A model generated the notes under the pieces. It had not been told where the DNA came from. It worked only from the letters and a program-made list of their open reading frames with translations, and made no database searches. Both the position numbers and the translations under genes were made by a program. Of a stretch of 64,000 nt of DNA, positions 19,321-27,924 are shown piece after piece. Numbering within the stretch: the first letter of the stretch is position 1; every line of letters begins with the position of its first letter. The DNA is from an uncultured Holophaga sp. (GTDB taxonomy: Bacteria > Acidobacteriota > Holophagae > Holophagales > Holophagaceae), in the NCBI GenBank assembly GCA_963664825.1, contig OY761614.1:1504001-1568000 (forward strand), in the 5' to 3' direction.

Positions 19321-19991
19321 TCGGACAACCCCTGTCCATTTCCAATCTCCACAAGACCTATCCCGGCGCCGAACACCCCGTGTTCCATGGCTACGATCTG
19401 GACGTGGAAGCTGGCGGCCTCTGCGCCGTGGTGGGCGTCTCTGGCGTGGGCAAGACGACCCTGCTCAATTGCATCGCGGGCCTGGATACCTGGGAGGAGG
19501 GCCAGATCCAGGTGAATGGCGAGGCCGTGCCCAAGGGCGATCTGGAGGCCCTGGCGCTCTTCCGACGCAAGCATGTGGGGTTGGCCTTCCAGCAGCCCCA
19601 TCTCCTGCCTGAATTCACGGTGCTGGAGAACCTCCTGATGCCTCTGCGCATCGATGGCACCCTGGTGGCCGACCACGAGGCCTGGGCCATGGAACTCCTG
19701 GCCCATGTGGGCACGGCGGATCTGGCAGGGCGACTTCCCGGCACCCTCAGCGGGGGGCAGGCGGCCCGGGTGGGACTGGTGCGCGCCCTGGTGCGCAAGC
19801 CCAGTCTCTGGCTGCTGGATGAGCCCACGGGCAATCTGGACCCCGAGACGGCCATGGAAGTCTTCGAGGTGCTCCTGAAACTCCACGGAGATCTTCAACC
19901 CACCACGCTGATGGTCACGCACAATCTGGATCTTGCGGAGCGCTGCCGACGCACGGTGCGGCTTGGAGTGGCCCTTCCCCCTCACGCCTAG
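19317..19991 (+). CDS. lolD: LolD-like ABC ATPase
   Basis: Walker A GVSGVGKT, LSGGQ, LLDEPTGNLD, VTHN; same operon as lolE. Confidence 0.85.
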   Translation: MIGQPLSISNLHKTYPGAEHPVFHGYDLDVEAGGLCAVVGVSGVGKTTLLNCIAGLDTWEEGQIQVNGEAVPKGDLEALALFRRKHVGLAFQQPHLLPEFTVLENLLMPLRIDGTLVADHEAWAMELLAHVGTADLAGRLPGTLSGGQAARVGLVRALVRKPSLWLLDEPTGNLDPETAMEVFEVLLKLHGDLQPTTLMVTHNLDLAERCRRTVRLGVALPPHA

Positions 19992-20050
19992 GGGAACAGG
20001 AACCGGTGGTCACGAAACGATCGCCTATACTGAACCCTCCAGGAATCCCC

Positions 20051-21943
20051 ATGAACCCTTCGGAGCCGATACCAGCCGTTCCTCCGCCCGAGCGGATTTT
20101 TGCCGCAGGTTTTTCTCCGGCCGGGATGAAGCAATTGATCCGGGCCTTTCCGGGTTTGGGGACCCTGATCGATGTCTCCCATGTCGGAGATGCCGATTTC
20201 GGAGTCATGAAGCCTGGCCCTCGGGATGTCTTCATCCTGGATAGCGGTTCCTTCAAGGAAGAGAATACTTCCTGGCTTCAGGGGTGCCTCGTCCAGATGC
20301 CGACGCTACCGAGCCTCGTCCGGGTCCCGCGGCAGGAAGCTGCGGGACTGCAGCGCTTTCTGCGCCTGGGCTTCGATGAGACTTTCTGGACGTTCAAGGA
20401 ACTCGCCCTGGCGCTGGCGCGTGCCTCCGCGCGAAGGCAGGCGGAGAGGGGCATCCATCCCGCGTTGTTCGTGGGTGGAGCGGCCGGGAAATTTGAGGGT
20501 CTGTTCCCGAACCTCTACGACTGGATCTACGTGATCAACGTGGCCGAGGATGGGACTTTCACCTTCGAGACGGTCAATCCCCCCTTGGGAGCCGGGTCCG
20601 GTTTTCTCAACCCCGATTTCTGTGGCAGGAAACCAGAGGACTGCCTCTCCAAGGTGAGTGGCCCCCTCCTCTGTTCCCACTTCGCGGCGGTTCTATCGGC
20701 GGGCTGCCCTCTTCAGTTCGAAGAGGAACATGCCGTTGAGGGTCGACCTCGGAATTTCCGCACCATTCTCACACCGGTCCACAACAAGTGGGGTCGGATT
20801 CATCGCATCGCGGCGATTTCGCGCGATATTACGGCCCTGAAGGAGGCTCAGGCGGCGCTCCATGCCAGCGAGGAACGTTTAAATCTGGCCCTGGAGGGCA
20901 CGCAGCAGAGCCTCTGGGACTGGGATCTGGTGAGTGGCGAAGTCTTCCGCAGTCCTCGCTGGCACTCCATGCTGGATCGCGAACCGGGGGAAATTGGGCC
21001 CACTCTGGAAGCGGGTTTTGAACAGATCCATCCCGATGATCGGGCCCAGGTCGAAGGTGCGATGAACGCGCACCTCGAGGGTCGACAGGCCCGGTTTCAG
21101 GCCGAGTATCGCCTCCGGACCCGGGGCGGTGAATGGATCTGGGTCTTTGATGCGGGGAAGGTCGTGGCTTGGGACGCGGAGGGACAACCTTCGCGTATGG
21201 CCGGCATGTGTACCGACATCACGGAGCGCCGGAGGGCCGAAGAATCCCTCCGGGCCCTGGTGGGCGGTGTGGTTCATGAGATTCGCAACCCCGTCTATGG
21301 CATCTCCATCAACCTGGATGCCCTGGAAGCGACCTTCGGGGAGGAGCCCCGCTATCGTCCCTTCGTCTTCGCGCTTAGGGAGAGTGCCGAGCGTATCGCC
21401 AGCCTCATGAATGACCTTAAGGATTACGGTGAGCCTCGGACTCTGAATCCGGAGCCCTGCCCCGTGCTCCCCCTATTGGAAGAGTCGGCTCGTGCCTGCG
21501 AGGGGCTGGTTGCGGAGCGCAAATCCCACCTGCGCATGGAGCTCGAAGAACCCCAATTGGTCCTGCCGCTGAACGCACGCCGCATGCACCAAGTCTTCCG
21601 GAATCTCTTCGAGAACGCCCTTCAGCATTCCTCAGTGGGCCAGGAAGTCCTTCTGCGGGGGCGCCGCGAATATGTGGAGGGCCAAGAATGGTGGGTCTTC
21701 ACAATCGAGGACCAGGGGCCTGGGTTTGCTCCGGACGCGATGGCGCGTGCCTTCGAGCCATTCTTTACGCGGCGCAAGGGGGGTACGGGTCTGGGGCTCT
21801 CTATCGTCAAGCGGGTAGTGGAGGAACACGGTGGGAGCGTCGAGGTCGCAAATCGGCTGGAGGGTGGGGCGATCATCACGGTGAAACTGCCTGCGCCTCG
21901 CCATTGGGGGTTTCTCATGAAGGAGGCGCAGGATGTCGTCTAA
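20051..21943 (+). CDS. Cytoplasmic PAS-domain sensor histidine kinase
   Basis: Two PAS/PAC regions (ISRDIT; WDWD...IHPDD...DITERR), H-box VHEIRNP, NLFENA, DQGPG and FFTRRKGGTGLGL. No transmembrane segment is evident. Confidence 0.9.
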   Translation: MNPSEPIPAVPPPERIFAAGFSPAGMKQLIRAFPGLGTLIDVSHVGDADFGVMKPGPRDVFILDSGSFKEENTSWLQGCLVQMPTLPSLVRVPRQEAAGLQRFLRLGFDETFWTFKELALALARASARRQAERGIHPALFVGGAAGKFEGLFPNLYDWIYVINVAEDGTFTFETVNPPLGAGSGFLNPDFCGRKPEDCLSKVSGPLLCSHFAAVLSAGCPLQFEEEHAVEGRPRNFRTILTPVHNKWGRIHRIAAISRDITALKEAQAALHASEERLNLALEGTQQSLWDWDLVSGEVFRSPRWHSMLDREPGEIGPTLEAGFEQIHPDDRAQVEGAMNAHLEGRQARFQAEYRLRTRGGEWIWVFDAGKVVAWDAEGQPSRMAGMCTDITERRRAEESLRALVGGVVHEIRNPVYGISINLDALEATFGEEPRYRPFVFALRESAERIASLMNDLKDYGEPRTLNPEPCPVLPLLEESARACEGLVAERKSHLRMELEEPQLVLPLNARRMHQVFRNLFENALQHSSVGQEVLLRGRREYVEGQEWWVFTIEDQGPGFAPDAMARAFEPFFTRRKGGTGLGLSIVKRVVEEHGGSVEVANRLEGGAIITVKLPAPRHWGFLMKEAQDVV

Positions 21944-23285
21944 GCCCAAGATCCTCCTCATCGAGGATGATCCCTCCGTGCGCCACGGAATGGCGGCCTT
22001 CCTGCGGGCCAATGATCTGGACGTGGAGGAGGCCGAGGACTGCAAGCAGGCCATGGGACTCTTCCGGGCGGGCAACCACGATGTGGTGGTGGCCGACTAC
22101 AGCCTGCCGGATGGGACCTCGCTGGATATCCTTCCCCAGGTGAAGAAACTCAGCGAGGACACGCCCTTCATCATCCTTACGGCCCACGGTTCCATCGACC
22201 TAGCCGTGAGGGCCATCAAGGAGGGGGCCGAGCAGTTCCTGACGAAGCCTGTCGAGTCAAAGGCGCTCCTGGTCCTTGTGCAGCGCCTCCTGCAACAGCA
22301 GCGCCTGAGGAAGCGTCAGTTGGTGGTTGCTCGGGAACAACCCGCCGCCCTAAATCCCTTCCTCGGCGCCAGCCCGGCCATCCTGAACCTCCAGGAACAA
22401 GCCCGCCGCATGCTTGAGTGGGATAGTCCCATCCTCATCCTGGGGGAGACCGGCGCCGGAAAGGGCGTGCTCGCGCGCTGGATCCATGCGAACGGACCCA
22501 GGCGCGAGGAGGCCTTCGTCAACCTCAACTGTGCCGGGCTCAGCCGGGAACTGCTGGAGACGGAGCTCTTCGGCCACGAGCGAGGCGCCTTCACCGGGGC
22601 GGTCAACGCGAAACAGGGGCTCCTGGAAGTCGGACACAGGGGTGTCGTCTTCCTCGATGAGATTGGGGATATGGATCCCGCCATTCAGCCCAAGCTGCTG
22701 AAGGCCCTTGAGGAAAAGACCTTCCGGCGACTGGGCGATGTGCGCGATCGCCATGTGGATGTCCGTCTCATCGCCAGTACGAACCTGGATCTGGAAGAAG
22801 CCGTGCGCACCAAGAAATTCCGGGACGATCTCTACTATCGGGTCAGCACCCTCACCCTGCGCCTTCCGCCCCTGCGGGAGCGCCCCGAGGATATCCCCGT
22901 CCTGGCCAAGGCCATCCTGGGGAATGTGTGCGTGCGCATGGGAAAGGCGAAGGTGGAGCTCCGGTCCGATGCGGAGGCGCTTCTCCTGCATTATCCCTGG
23001 CCCGGCAATATCCGCGAACTGGCCAATGTCCTGGAACGGGCCATGATCCTGCAGCGGGGGGAGCGCCTCGAAGCGATCGATCTGGGTCTTCAGCCCCGGC
23101 GGAATTCGACTTCCGATGCGGGTGATAGTCTCCTCTCCCTGCGGGAGATGGAACGGCTTCATGTGGAGCGGGTCCTGCAGCGCACCAGTGGGAATGTGAC
23201 GGAGGCGGCCCAGATCTTGGGGTTGGCTCGGCGCACGCTCTACGATCGGATAAAGGCCCTGGGGATTGCCTCGCTGAAGGATTGA
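21933..23285 (+). CDS. Sigma54-dependent response regulator (NtrC/AtoC family)
   Basis: REC domain (IEDD..D..P..T..KP), GETGAGKG, GAFTGA, FLDEIG, WPGNIREL and a Fis-type HTH. Confidence 0.95.
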   Translation: MSSKPKILLIEDDPSVRHGMAAFLRANDLDVEEAEDCKQAMGLFRAGNHDVVVADYSLPDGTSLDILPQVKKLSEDTPFIILTAHGSIDLAVRAIKEGAEQFLTKPVESKALLVLVQRLLQQQRLRKRQLVVAREQPAALNPFLGASPAILNLQEQARRMLEWDSPILILGETGAGKGVLARWIHANGPRREEAFVNLNCAGLSRELLETELFGHERGAFTGAVNAKQGLLEVGHRGVVFLDEIGDMDPAIQPKLLKALEEKTFRRLGDVRDRHVDVRLIASTNLDLEEAVRTKKFRDDLYYRVSTLTLRLPPLRERPEDIPVLAKAILGNVCVRMGKAKVELRSDAEALLLHYPWPGNIRELANVLERAMILQRGERLEAIDLGLQPRRNSTSDAGDSLLSLREMERLHVERVLQRTSGNVTEAAQILGLARRTLYDRIKALGIASLKD

Positions 23286-23320
23286 GCGGCCCCCCGCACA
23301 GTTCATGCGGATTCCCGCAC
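23285..23320. promoter_or_regulatory. Paired palindromic enhancer (UAS) sites, promoter 1
   Basis: GCGG-CCCC-CCGCAC at 23286 and GCGG-ATTC-CCGCAC at 23307, 21 bp apart. Confidence 0.75.
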
Positions 23321-23395
23321 AAGAGTGGGGTGGGCGAAGGGACTATGGCAACTGGACCTCTTGTTGTTTAAGCAGGTTAGCCATGGTCTGGGAGA

Positions 23396-23411
23396 TGGCC
23401 CGCCCTTTGCG
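23396..23411 (+). promoter_or_regulatory. Sigma54 -24/-12 promoter 1
   Basis: TGGCCCGCCCTTTGCG matches TGGCAC-N5-TTGC (GG-N10-GC); AT-rich tract at 23361-23380. Confidence 0.8.
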
Positions 23412-23524
23412 TGAGCAGGCCAACCCCGGGTCTGCACCCAGGACGAGCCCTTTTTATCCATCTGCCCGCTTGAATTCGAGTGCCCAAGGGCAGCCGAACC
23501 ACTCCATCCATAGGAGGCAGGAAC

Positions 23525-24478
23525 ATGATCAGGAATGTCCTAAGCGGTTTACTGGTTGCGGGGCTAGTGGCCGCTCCCGGGAGTGTGTCCTGCGCGCAGG
23601 AACAACCCGGAGCGCTGTTCGCCAAGACAGTGGCGAAATATCCTGCCCCTCAGCTGGCGGATGTCGGGGGGCGAGAATACAAATGCCTCTTCAATATCGA
23701 GAAATTTTCCGAGGATCCCGATGTGGCCTTCAAGGATCTATGGGGCAAGATCAAGGCTGCTTCCGCCCAGGCCGGTTTCAAGGTGGAACAAAAGGAGAAG
23801 AAACACCTCAAGGTTGAGCGAGCCATCAAGGAATATTTCGATACGCCTGGGCAGGACCTGTGGAAGAAGGGCTATATTCTCCGCCTCACGACCAAGTTCA
23901 AGGACGGAGAAGAATCCCTGGCCGTGACCGTGAAGGCCACCGATGAGGACGCGGTTCGCTGCCTGTCCACGCCTCTGGTCGTGGTGGGGGCCAAGGGCAA
24001 GACCGAGGCCGAGGGGAATGTGGGTTTTGGTCCCCAGGGCCTCCTACGGGAGTACATCGAGAAGGGTTCCACCTTCCCCGTGACCCTCGAGCAGCTGGGA
24101 GCCCTGACGCTGGGTGATTTCGGCAAGTTCATGCCGGAACTCCTGAAGCTCGGGCTTCCCGCGGGCACGAAGCTCGTGGGCACGAAGGCCTATACATATC
24201 GTGTGAAACCCGGCGCCATCCTGCTGCCGGGCACCGAACCCTGCGGGATATCCATGGAAGCCTGGGCCCACAAGGATGGCGGCAAGCCCTTCCTCATGGA
24301 CTTCTCCTTCGGATATGGGGATCTCGACTTCTATGAATCCAGGGAAGTCCACGGGGCAGGCGAGGCCTTCATGCTCAAGGTCATCAACGGAGAGCTCAAG
24401 AACTTCCTCATGCCCAGTTCCGGGAGTTTCGGAGGCTCCAAGGTCCGCGTGCTCATGAATAGGCCCATTTCCAACTAG
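23525..24478 (+). CDS. Secreted CYTH/triphosphate-tunnel-like protein
   Basis: Signal peptide; REYK (an ExExK-like motif) and the CYTH hallmark YFDTPGQDLWKKGYILR; SD AGGAGG. Confidence 0.7.
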   Translation: MIRNVLSGLLVAGLVAAPGSVSCAQEQPGALFAKTVAKYPAPQLADVGGREYKCLFNIEKFSEDPDVAFKDLWGKIKAASAQAGFKVEQKEKKHLKVERAIKEYFDTPGQDLWKKGYILRLTTKFKDGEESLAVTVKATDEDAVRCLSTPLVVVGAKGKTEAEGNVGFGPQGLLREYIEKGSTFPVTLEQLGALTLGDFGKFMPELLKLGLPAGTKLVGTKAYTYRVKPGAILLPGTEPCGISMEAWAHKDGGKPFLMDFSFGYGDLDFYESREVHGAGEAFMLKVINGELKNFLMPSSGSFGGSKVRVLMNRPISN

Positions 24479-24531
24479 AACCTGGACGACGGGTGACCCG
24501 TGTCCATTTCGGAATGATCCGGAGGAACTTG

Positions 24532-25425
24532 ATGATGCGAAATCTTTACAAGACCCTTCTCGGCGGACTGCTCTTCGGCGCGGCTCTGCCCGGCATGGCG
24601 GAGGATCCGGCCAAGCTGGACGCAATGTTCGGCACCCTCTCACAGCCGGCCTACATCAAGCACTACGAGGCCACCCTCCAGGGGAAGGTGATCCTGAACC
24701 CCTACCTCCAGGCGGCCTCCAAGGATTTCCCCGCCATCCTGGACATCAAGATGGCGCCCTACAACTGGGTCATCGATGCGGAAGGGCGCGTGGCCATTGC
24801 TCCCGAGGCGGCCCATCCCCTGGGGCGGACCTACCCCCAGGGCTTCTTCCGCCCCGAGGACCAATCCAAGCGCAAACCCGGTACCCGGGAGAACTTCGGT
24901 CATGTGTCGATGCTGGGAGGCGCTCCCGGGCGCATCAGCGGGGAGATCCTCTTCGACAAGGAGAGCAGATCCTGGACCATCAACAACAAATCCGGGCGCT
25001 ACAGCAAGCACAACACGGACCGCACAGCCGAGCAGATGTTCCAGGCCGGGAAGCTGATCCGCGAGGTGGTGGATCCCGGCGAAGCCACCTGGGGGCCCGT
25101 GTTCTACCTGCTGGAATATGCGCCGGCGACGGAAGTCGAGAGGCTCATGAAGAGCCCAGAGCTCTCCTACGATGATGTCAAGAAGAAGAGCAGGCCCCAC
25201 GTCATCGTGATGCCGGCCCTGGAGACATCCAAGGCGGAGAAGAAAGCCTTGAGTCTGGAGGAAAAGAAGGCAACGAAGGCCGAAAAGAAGGTGGATACCA
25301 AGGCCGAGAAGAAGTCCGACGCGAAGGTCGAAAAGAAGGATGACGCCAAGGCCGAGAAGAAGCCCGACGCGAAGGTGAAGAAGGTCAAGAAGCCCAAGGC
25401 TGCCCAGAACGACGATCCATCCTAG
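24532..25425 (+). CDS. Secreted protein of unknown function with a Lys-rich repeat tail
   Basis: Signal peptide (…ALPGMA/ED); core GHVSMLGG..ISGEI..INNKSGRYS; C-terminal xKAEKKxD repeats. Confidence 0.8.
   Translation: MMRNLYKTLLGGLLFGAALPGMAEDPAKLDAMFGTLSQPAYIKHYEATLQGKVILNPYLQAASKDFPAILDIKMAPYNWVIDAEGRVAIAPEAAHPLGRTYPQGFFRPEDQSKRKPGTRENFGHVSMLGGAPGRISGEILFDKESRSWTINNKSGRYSKHNTDRTAEQMFQAGKLIREVVDPGEATWGPVFYLLEYAPATEVERLMKSPELSYDDVKKKSRPHVIVMPALETSKAEKKALSLEEKKATKAEKKVDTKAEKKSDAKVEKKDDAKAEKKPDAKVKKVKKPKAAQNDDPS
25273..25383 (+). repeat. Degenerate 24-nt coding tandem repeat (8-aa unit)
   Basis: TKAEKKVD-TKAEKKSD-AKVEKKDD-AKAEKKPD-AKVKK. Confidence 0.85.
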
Positions 25426-25471
25426 GCCTCGCTCGGATCCCTTTCCTTCAAAACCAAGGAGCTGAAACAAC

Positions 25472-26236
25472 ATGAAAAAGAACTGGCTGAATCCTTATGG
25501 GTACGCGATTGCCCTCGCCTTGGGCGCCTGCCTGAGCCTTCCAGGGCTCGCCCAGACCACCGACCAGGTGCATGTGGTCAAGGGTGAGAAGAACTTCCTG
25601 ACGGGCTATGACCCCGTCAATGTGGATGGGACGGTCAACGCCATTGTCGAGATCCCCGCGGGGACCACCGCCAAGTACGAGACCGACACCAAGACGGGGA
25701 TGATGGCGATCGAGCAGAAGAATGGTGCTCCTCGCTTCGTGAAGTATCTCGGCTACCCGGCCAACTACGGCCTCATTCCCCGCAGCGTCCTCTCCAAGGC
25801 CAAGGGCGGTGATGGCGATCCCCTGGACGTGATCGTGCTCGGCGCGGCCATCCCCACAGGCACCGTCGTGAAGTGCCGCGCCCTGGGCGTATTGGTCCTG
25901 GTGGATGGCGGAGAGACGGACGACAAGCTCATCCTGGCCCCCGTGAATTCGCCCTTCGCGACCTGCAAGGGCATCGAGGATCTGGACAAGAAATTTCCGG
26001 GTGTGACCACCATCCTGAAGACCTGGTTCACGTCCTACAAGGGTTATGACAAGGATGGCAAGCTGGTCCTCTCCAGCAAGGGCTTCAAGTCCCGCAAGGA
26101 CGCCATCAAGCTCATCGGAGATGCCGTCCTGGACTACGAGATGTCCGTGACGACCGATGCCGATCGGCGTCCGCTCGACGAGAAGGGCAACCCCAGGCTC
26201 TACCGGTGGCCTCTGGCGAAGAACCTGGGTGAATGA
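25472..26236 (+). CDS. ppa: Family I inorganic pyrophosphatase with a signal peptide
   Basis: Motifs EIPAG..KYE, YPANYG, DGDPLDV, DGGETDDK and WFTSYK; N-terminus MKKNW…LPGLA/Q. Confidence 0.9.
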   Translation: MKKNWLNPYGYAIALALGACLSLPGLAQTTDQVHVVKGEKNFLTGYDPVNVDGTVNAIVEIPAGTTAKYETDTKTGMMAIEQKNGAPRFVKYLGYPANYGLIPRSVLSKAKGGDGDPLDVIVLGAAIPTGTVVKCRALGVLVLVDGGETDDKLILAPVNSPFATCKGIEDLDKKFPGVTTILKTWFTSYKGYDKDGKLVLSSKGFKSRKDAIKLIGDAVLDYEMSVTTDADRRPLDEKGNPRLYRWPLAKNLGE

Positions 26237-26333
26237 TTCCGTCCTGACCCGCGAGGGTGATGGGCTGTTTGCCGGGGAGATGGGGCAACCCCTCCCCGGC
26301 ACCCCTGTTCGGCGGCAATTCTAAGAGGATTCC

Positions 26334-26825
26334 ATGTTCAAGAGCGCCCTGCTGGTCCTGCTTTTTTCCCTCGGGCTCATGGCGCAGGAGGGCACGATCA
26401 TCCTGCTGCGCCACGCGGAGAAGACATCGAGGCTGGATTGCGCTGAACTATCCGCCAAGGGCCATCTTCGGGCCGTCTCCCTGGCCGAAGAACTGTCGCC
26501 CATGAGGCCCGTCGCGCTCTTCGCCACGGAATTCATCCGCACTCGGCAGACCCTCGAACCCCTGGCGCGGCGTCTCGCCATTCCGGTCCAGGTGAGGAGG
26601 CGGGATGAGGGAGAGAACCTGGCCCGGGAGATCCTGCAGGAATACCGAGGCCGGACCGTGGTCGTCTGCACCCACTCCGACCGCGTGGCTCCTCTCCTGG
26701 AGGCCTTGGGCCATCCCACCGACTTGGCTGAAGTCCGGGAGTTCGACCGGATCTGGATTCTGCATGTGAGCCCGAATGGCACGACGCGTATCGAGGAACG
26801 CCGGCAGAAGGCTCTGCCTCGGTAG
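26334..26825 (+). CDS. Secreted histidine phosphatase (SixA/PGM-like)
   Basis: Signal peptide; LLRHAEK, LSAKG..RA, RTRQT and VVVCTHS. Confidence 0.85.
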   Translation: MFKSALLVLLFSLGLMAQEGTIILLRHAEKTSRLDCAELSAKGHLRAVSLAEELSPMRPVALFATEFIRTRQTLEPLARRLAIPVQVRRRDEGENLAREILQEYRGRTVVVCTHSDRVAPLLEALGHPTDLAEVREFDRIWILHVSPNGTTRIEERRQKALPR

Positions 26826-26880
26826 ACATGGGGACCTTGGCCTGCCCTGAGTGGGTGGGATTGTCGGTGGAGACCTCCTG

Positions 26881-27741
26881 ATGGATCGCGCGGTTCTTCT
26901 GATGATTGGACTCTCCCTTCCCCTGGCGGGCTGGGGACCCAAGGGCCATCGCATAGCGGCGGAGGGGGCTCTCCGCACCCTCCCGCCGGAGTTGCGGAGC
27001 TGGTATGCGGGTCACGAAACCCGCTTCCAGGAGGCGGCCCTGGCTCCCGACCAGTGGAAGGAGGAGGATCCCAAGGAGGCTGCCCGCCACCATATCCGTG
27101 TCGAAGCCTACGGGGGACCCGATCGGATTCCCTTCGAGGCCGAGGAAGCCATCCGCAGGGCCGGGGACTCGGTATTCGTGATGGCTGGCCAGCTCCCGTG
27201 GGTCATCGGGGACCGGTACCATCGCCTCGTCGAGGCCTTCCGGTCTCGTGACTCCCTGCGTGTGGTCGATGAAAGCGCCTGGCTCTGCCACTATGTGGCC
27301 GATGCCCAGGTTCCCCTGCATACGACACGGAACCATGATGGCAAGAAGACGGGCCAGAAAGGGGTACATGGCCGGTGGGAGAAGGGGCTCGTGGAATGGA
27401 AGATGAAGACGTTGACCGAGCTTCGACCCGCGCGCCCACCCCAGGATCCCTCCCGGGTGGCATGGACTTGGGTGAGTGAGTCCTATGCCCAGGTGCCAGG
27501 GCTCTTGGAGGGCGACCGCGAGGCGCTTCGCCGCGCTGATCCGGTGGATCCGGGGTCTCCCAAAAATGACAGTTACTGGCTTTTCTTTTGGGAACACGAG
27601 CAGGCGTCGGTCGTGCGGCAATTGAGGCGTTCGGCCGAACGCACTGGGGATCTCGTGCTGGCCGCCTGGATGAAGGCCGGGGAACCGTCATGCCTGGCGG
27701 GAAGGGCCTTTGCGCGGGACTCCGCACGGGAAGTGCGGTAA
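26881..27741 (+). CDS. S1/P1 nuclease / Zn-phospholipase C-like secreted enzyme
   Basis: Signal peptide followed by WGPKGH; PDQWK, HYVADAQVPLH and VHGRWE. Confidence 0.85.
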   Translation: MDRAVLLMIGLSLPLAGWGPKGHRIAAEGALRTLPPELRSWYAGHETRFQEAALAPDQWKEEDPKEAARHHIRVEAYGGPDRIPFEAEEAIRRAGDSVFVMAGQLPWVIGDRYHRLVEAFRSRDSLRVVDESAWLCHYVADAQVPLHTTRNHDGKKTGQKGVHGRWEKGLVEWKMKTLTELRPARPPQDPSRVAWTWVSESYAQVPGLLEGDREALRRADPVDPGSPKNDSYWLFFWEHEQASVVRQLRRSAERTGDLVLAAWMKAGEPSCLAGRAFARDSAREVR

Positions 27742-27748
27742 TCCGCGC
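27713..27748. promoter_or_regulatory. Paired palindromic enhancer (UAS) sites, promoter 2
   Basis: GCGG-GACT-CCGCAC at 27714 and GCGG-TAAT-CCGCGC at 27735, 21 bp apart; overlaps the 3' end of the nuclease gene. Confidence 0.75.
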
Positions 27749-27823
27749 GATGCCCAGTGCGAGGGCCTCCCGTTCGTTTCTGTAAGGCTTTATGAATCAA
27801 GGAGAAAGATGCGCGGGCCAGCT

Positions 27824-27839
27824 TGGCATGGCATCTGCT
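27824..27839 (+). promoter_or_regulatory. Sigma54 -24/-12 promoter 2
   Basis: TGGCATGGCATCTGCT (GG-N10-GC); AT-rich tract at 27781-27802. Confidence 0.8.
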
Positions 27840-27924
27840 CAACTCCTTTCCAAGGAAGATCGCTTCCTTCATCCTCTTACTCCCATTCCGCCCTGCGGCG
27901 GTGCCCTGTCCACCAGGAGAACCC

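Noticed and set aside
23290..23520. PhoB-type Pho box upstream of the cluster
   Set aside because: No CTGTCAT-like 11-bp direct repeats were found; the sigma54 architecture explains the region.
18623..25383. CRISPR interpretation of the 9-nt element or the 24-nt repeat
   Set aside because: There is no repeat-spacer structure and no cas genes; the 24-nt repeat is protein-coding.
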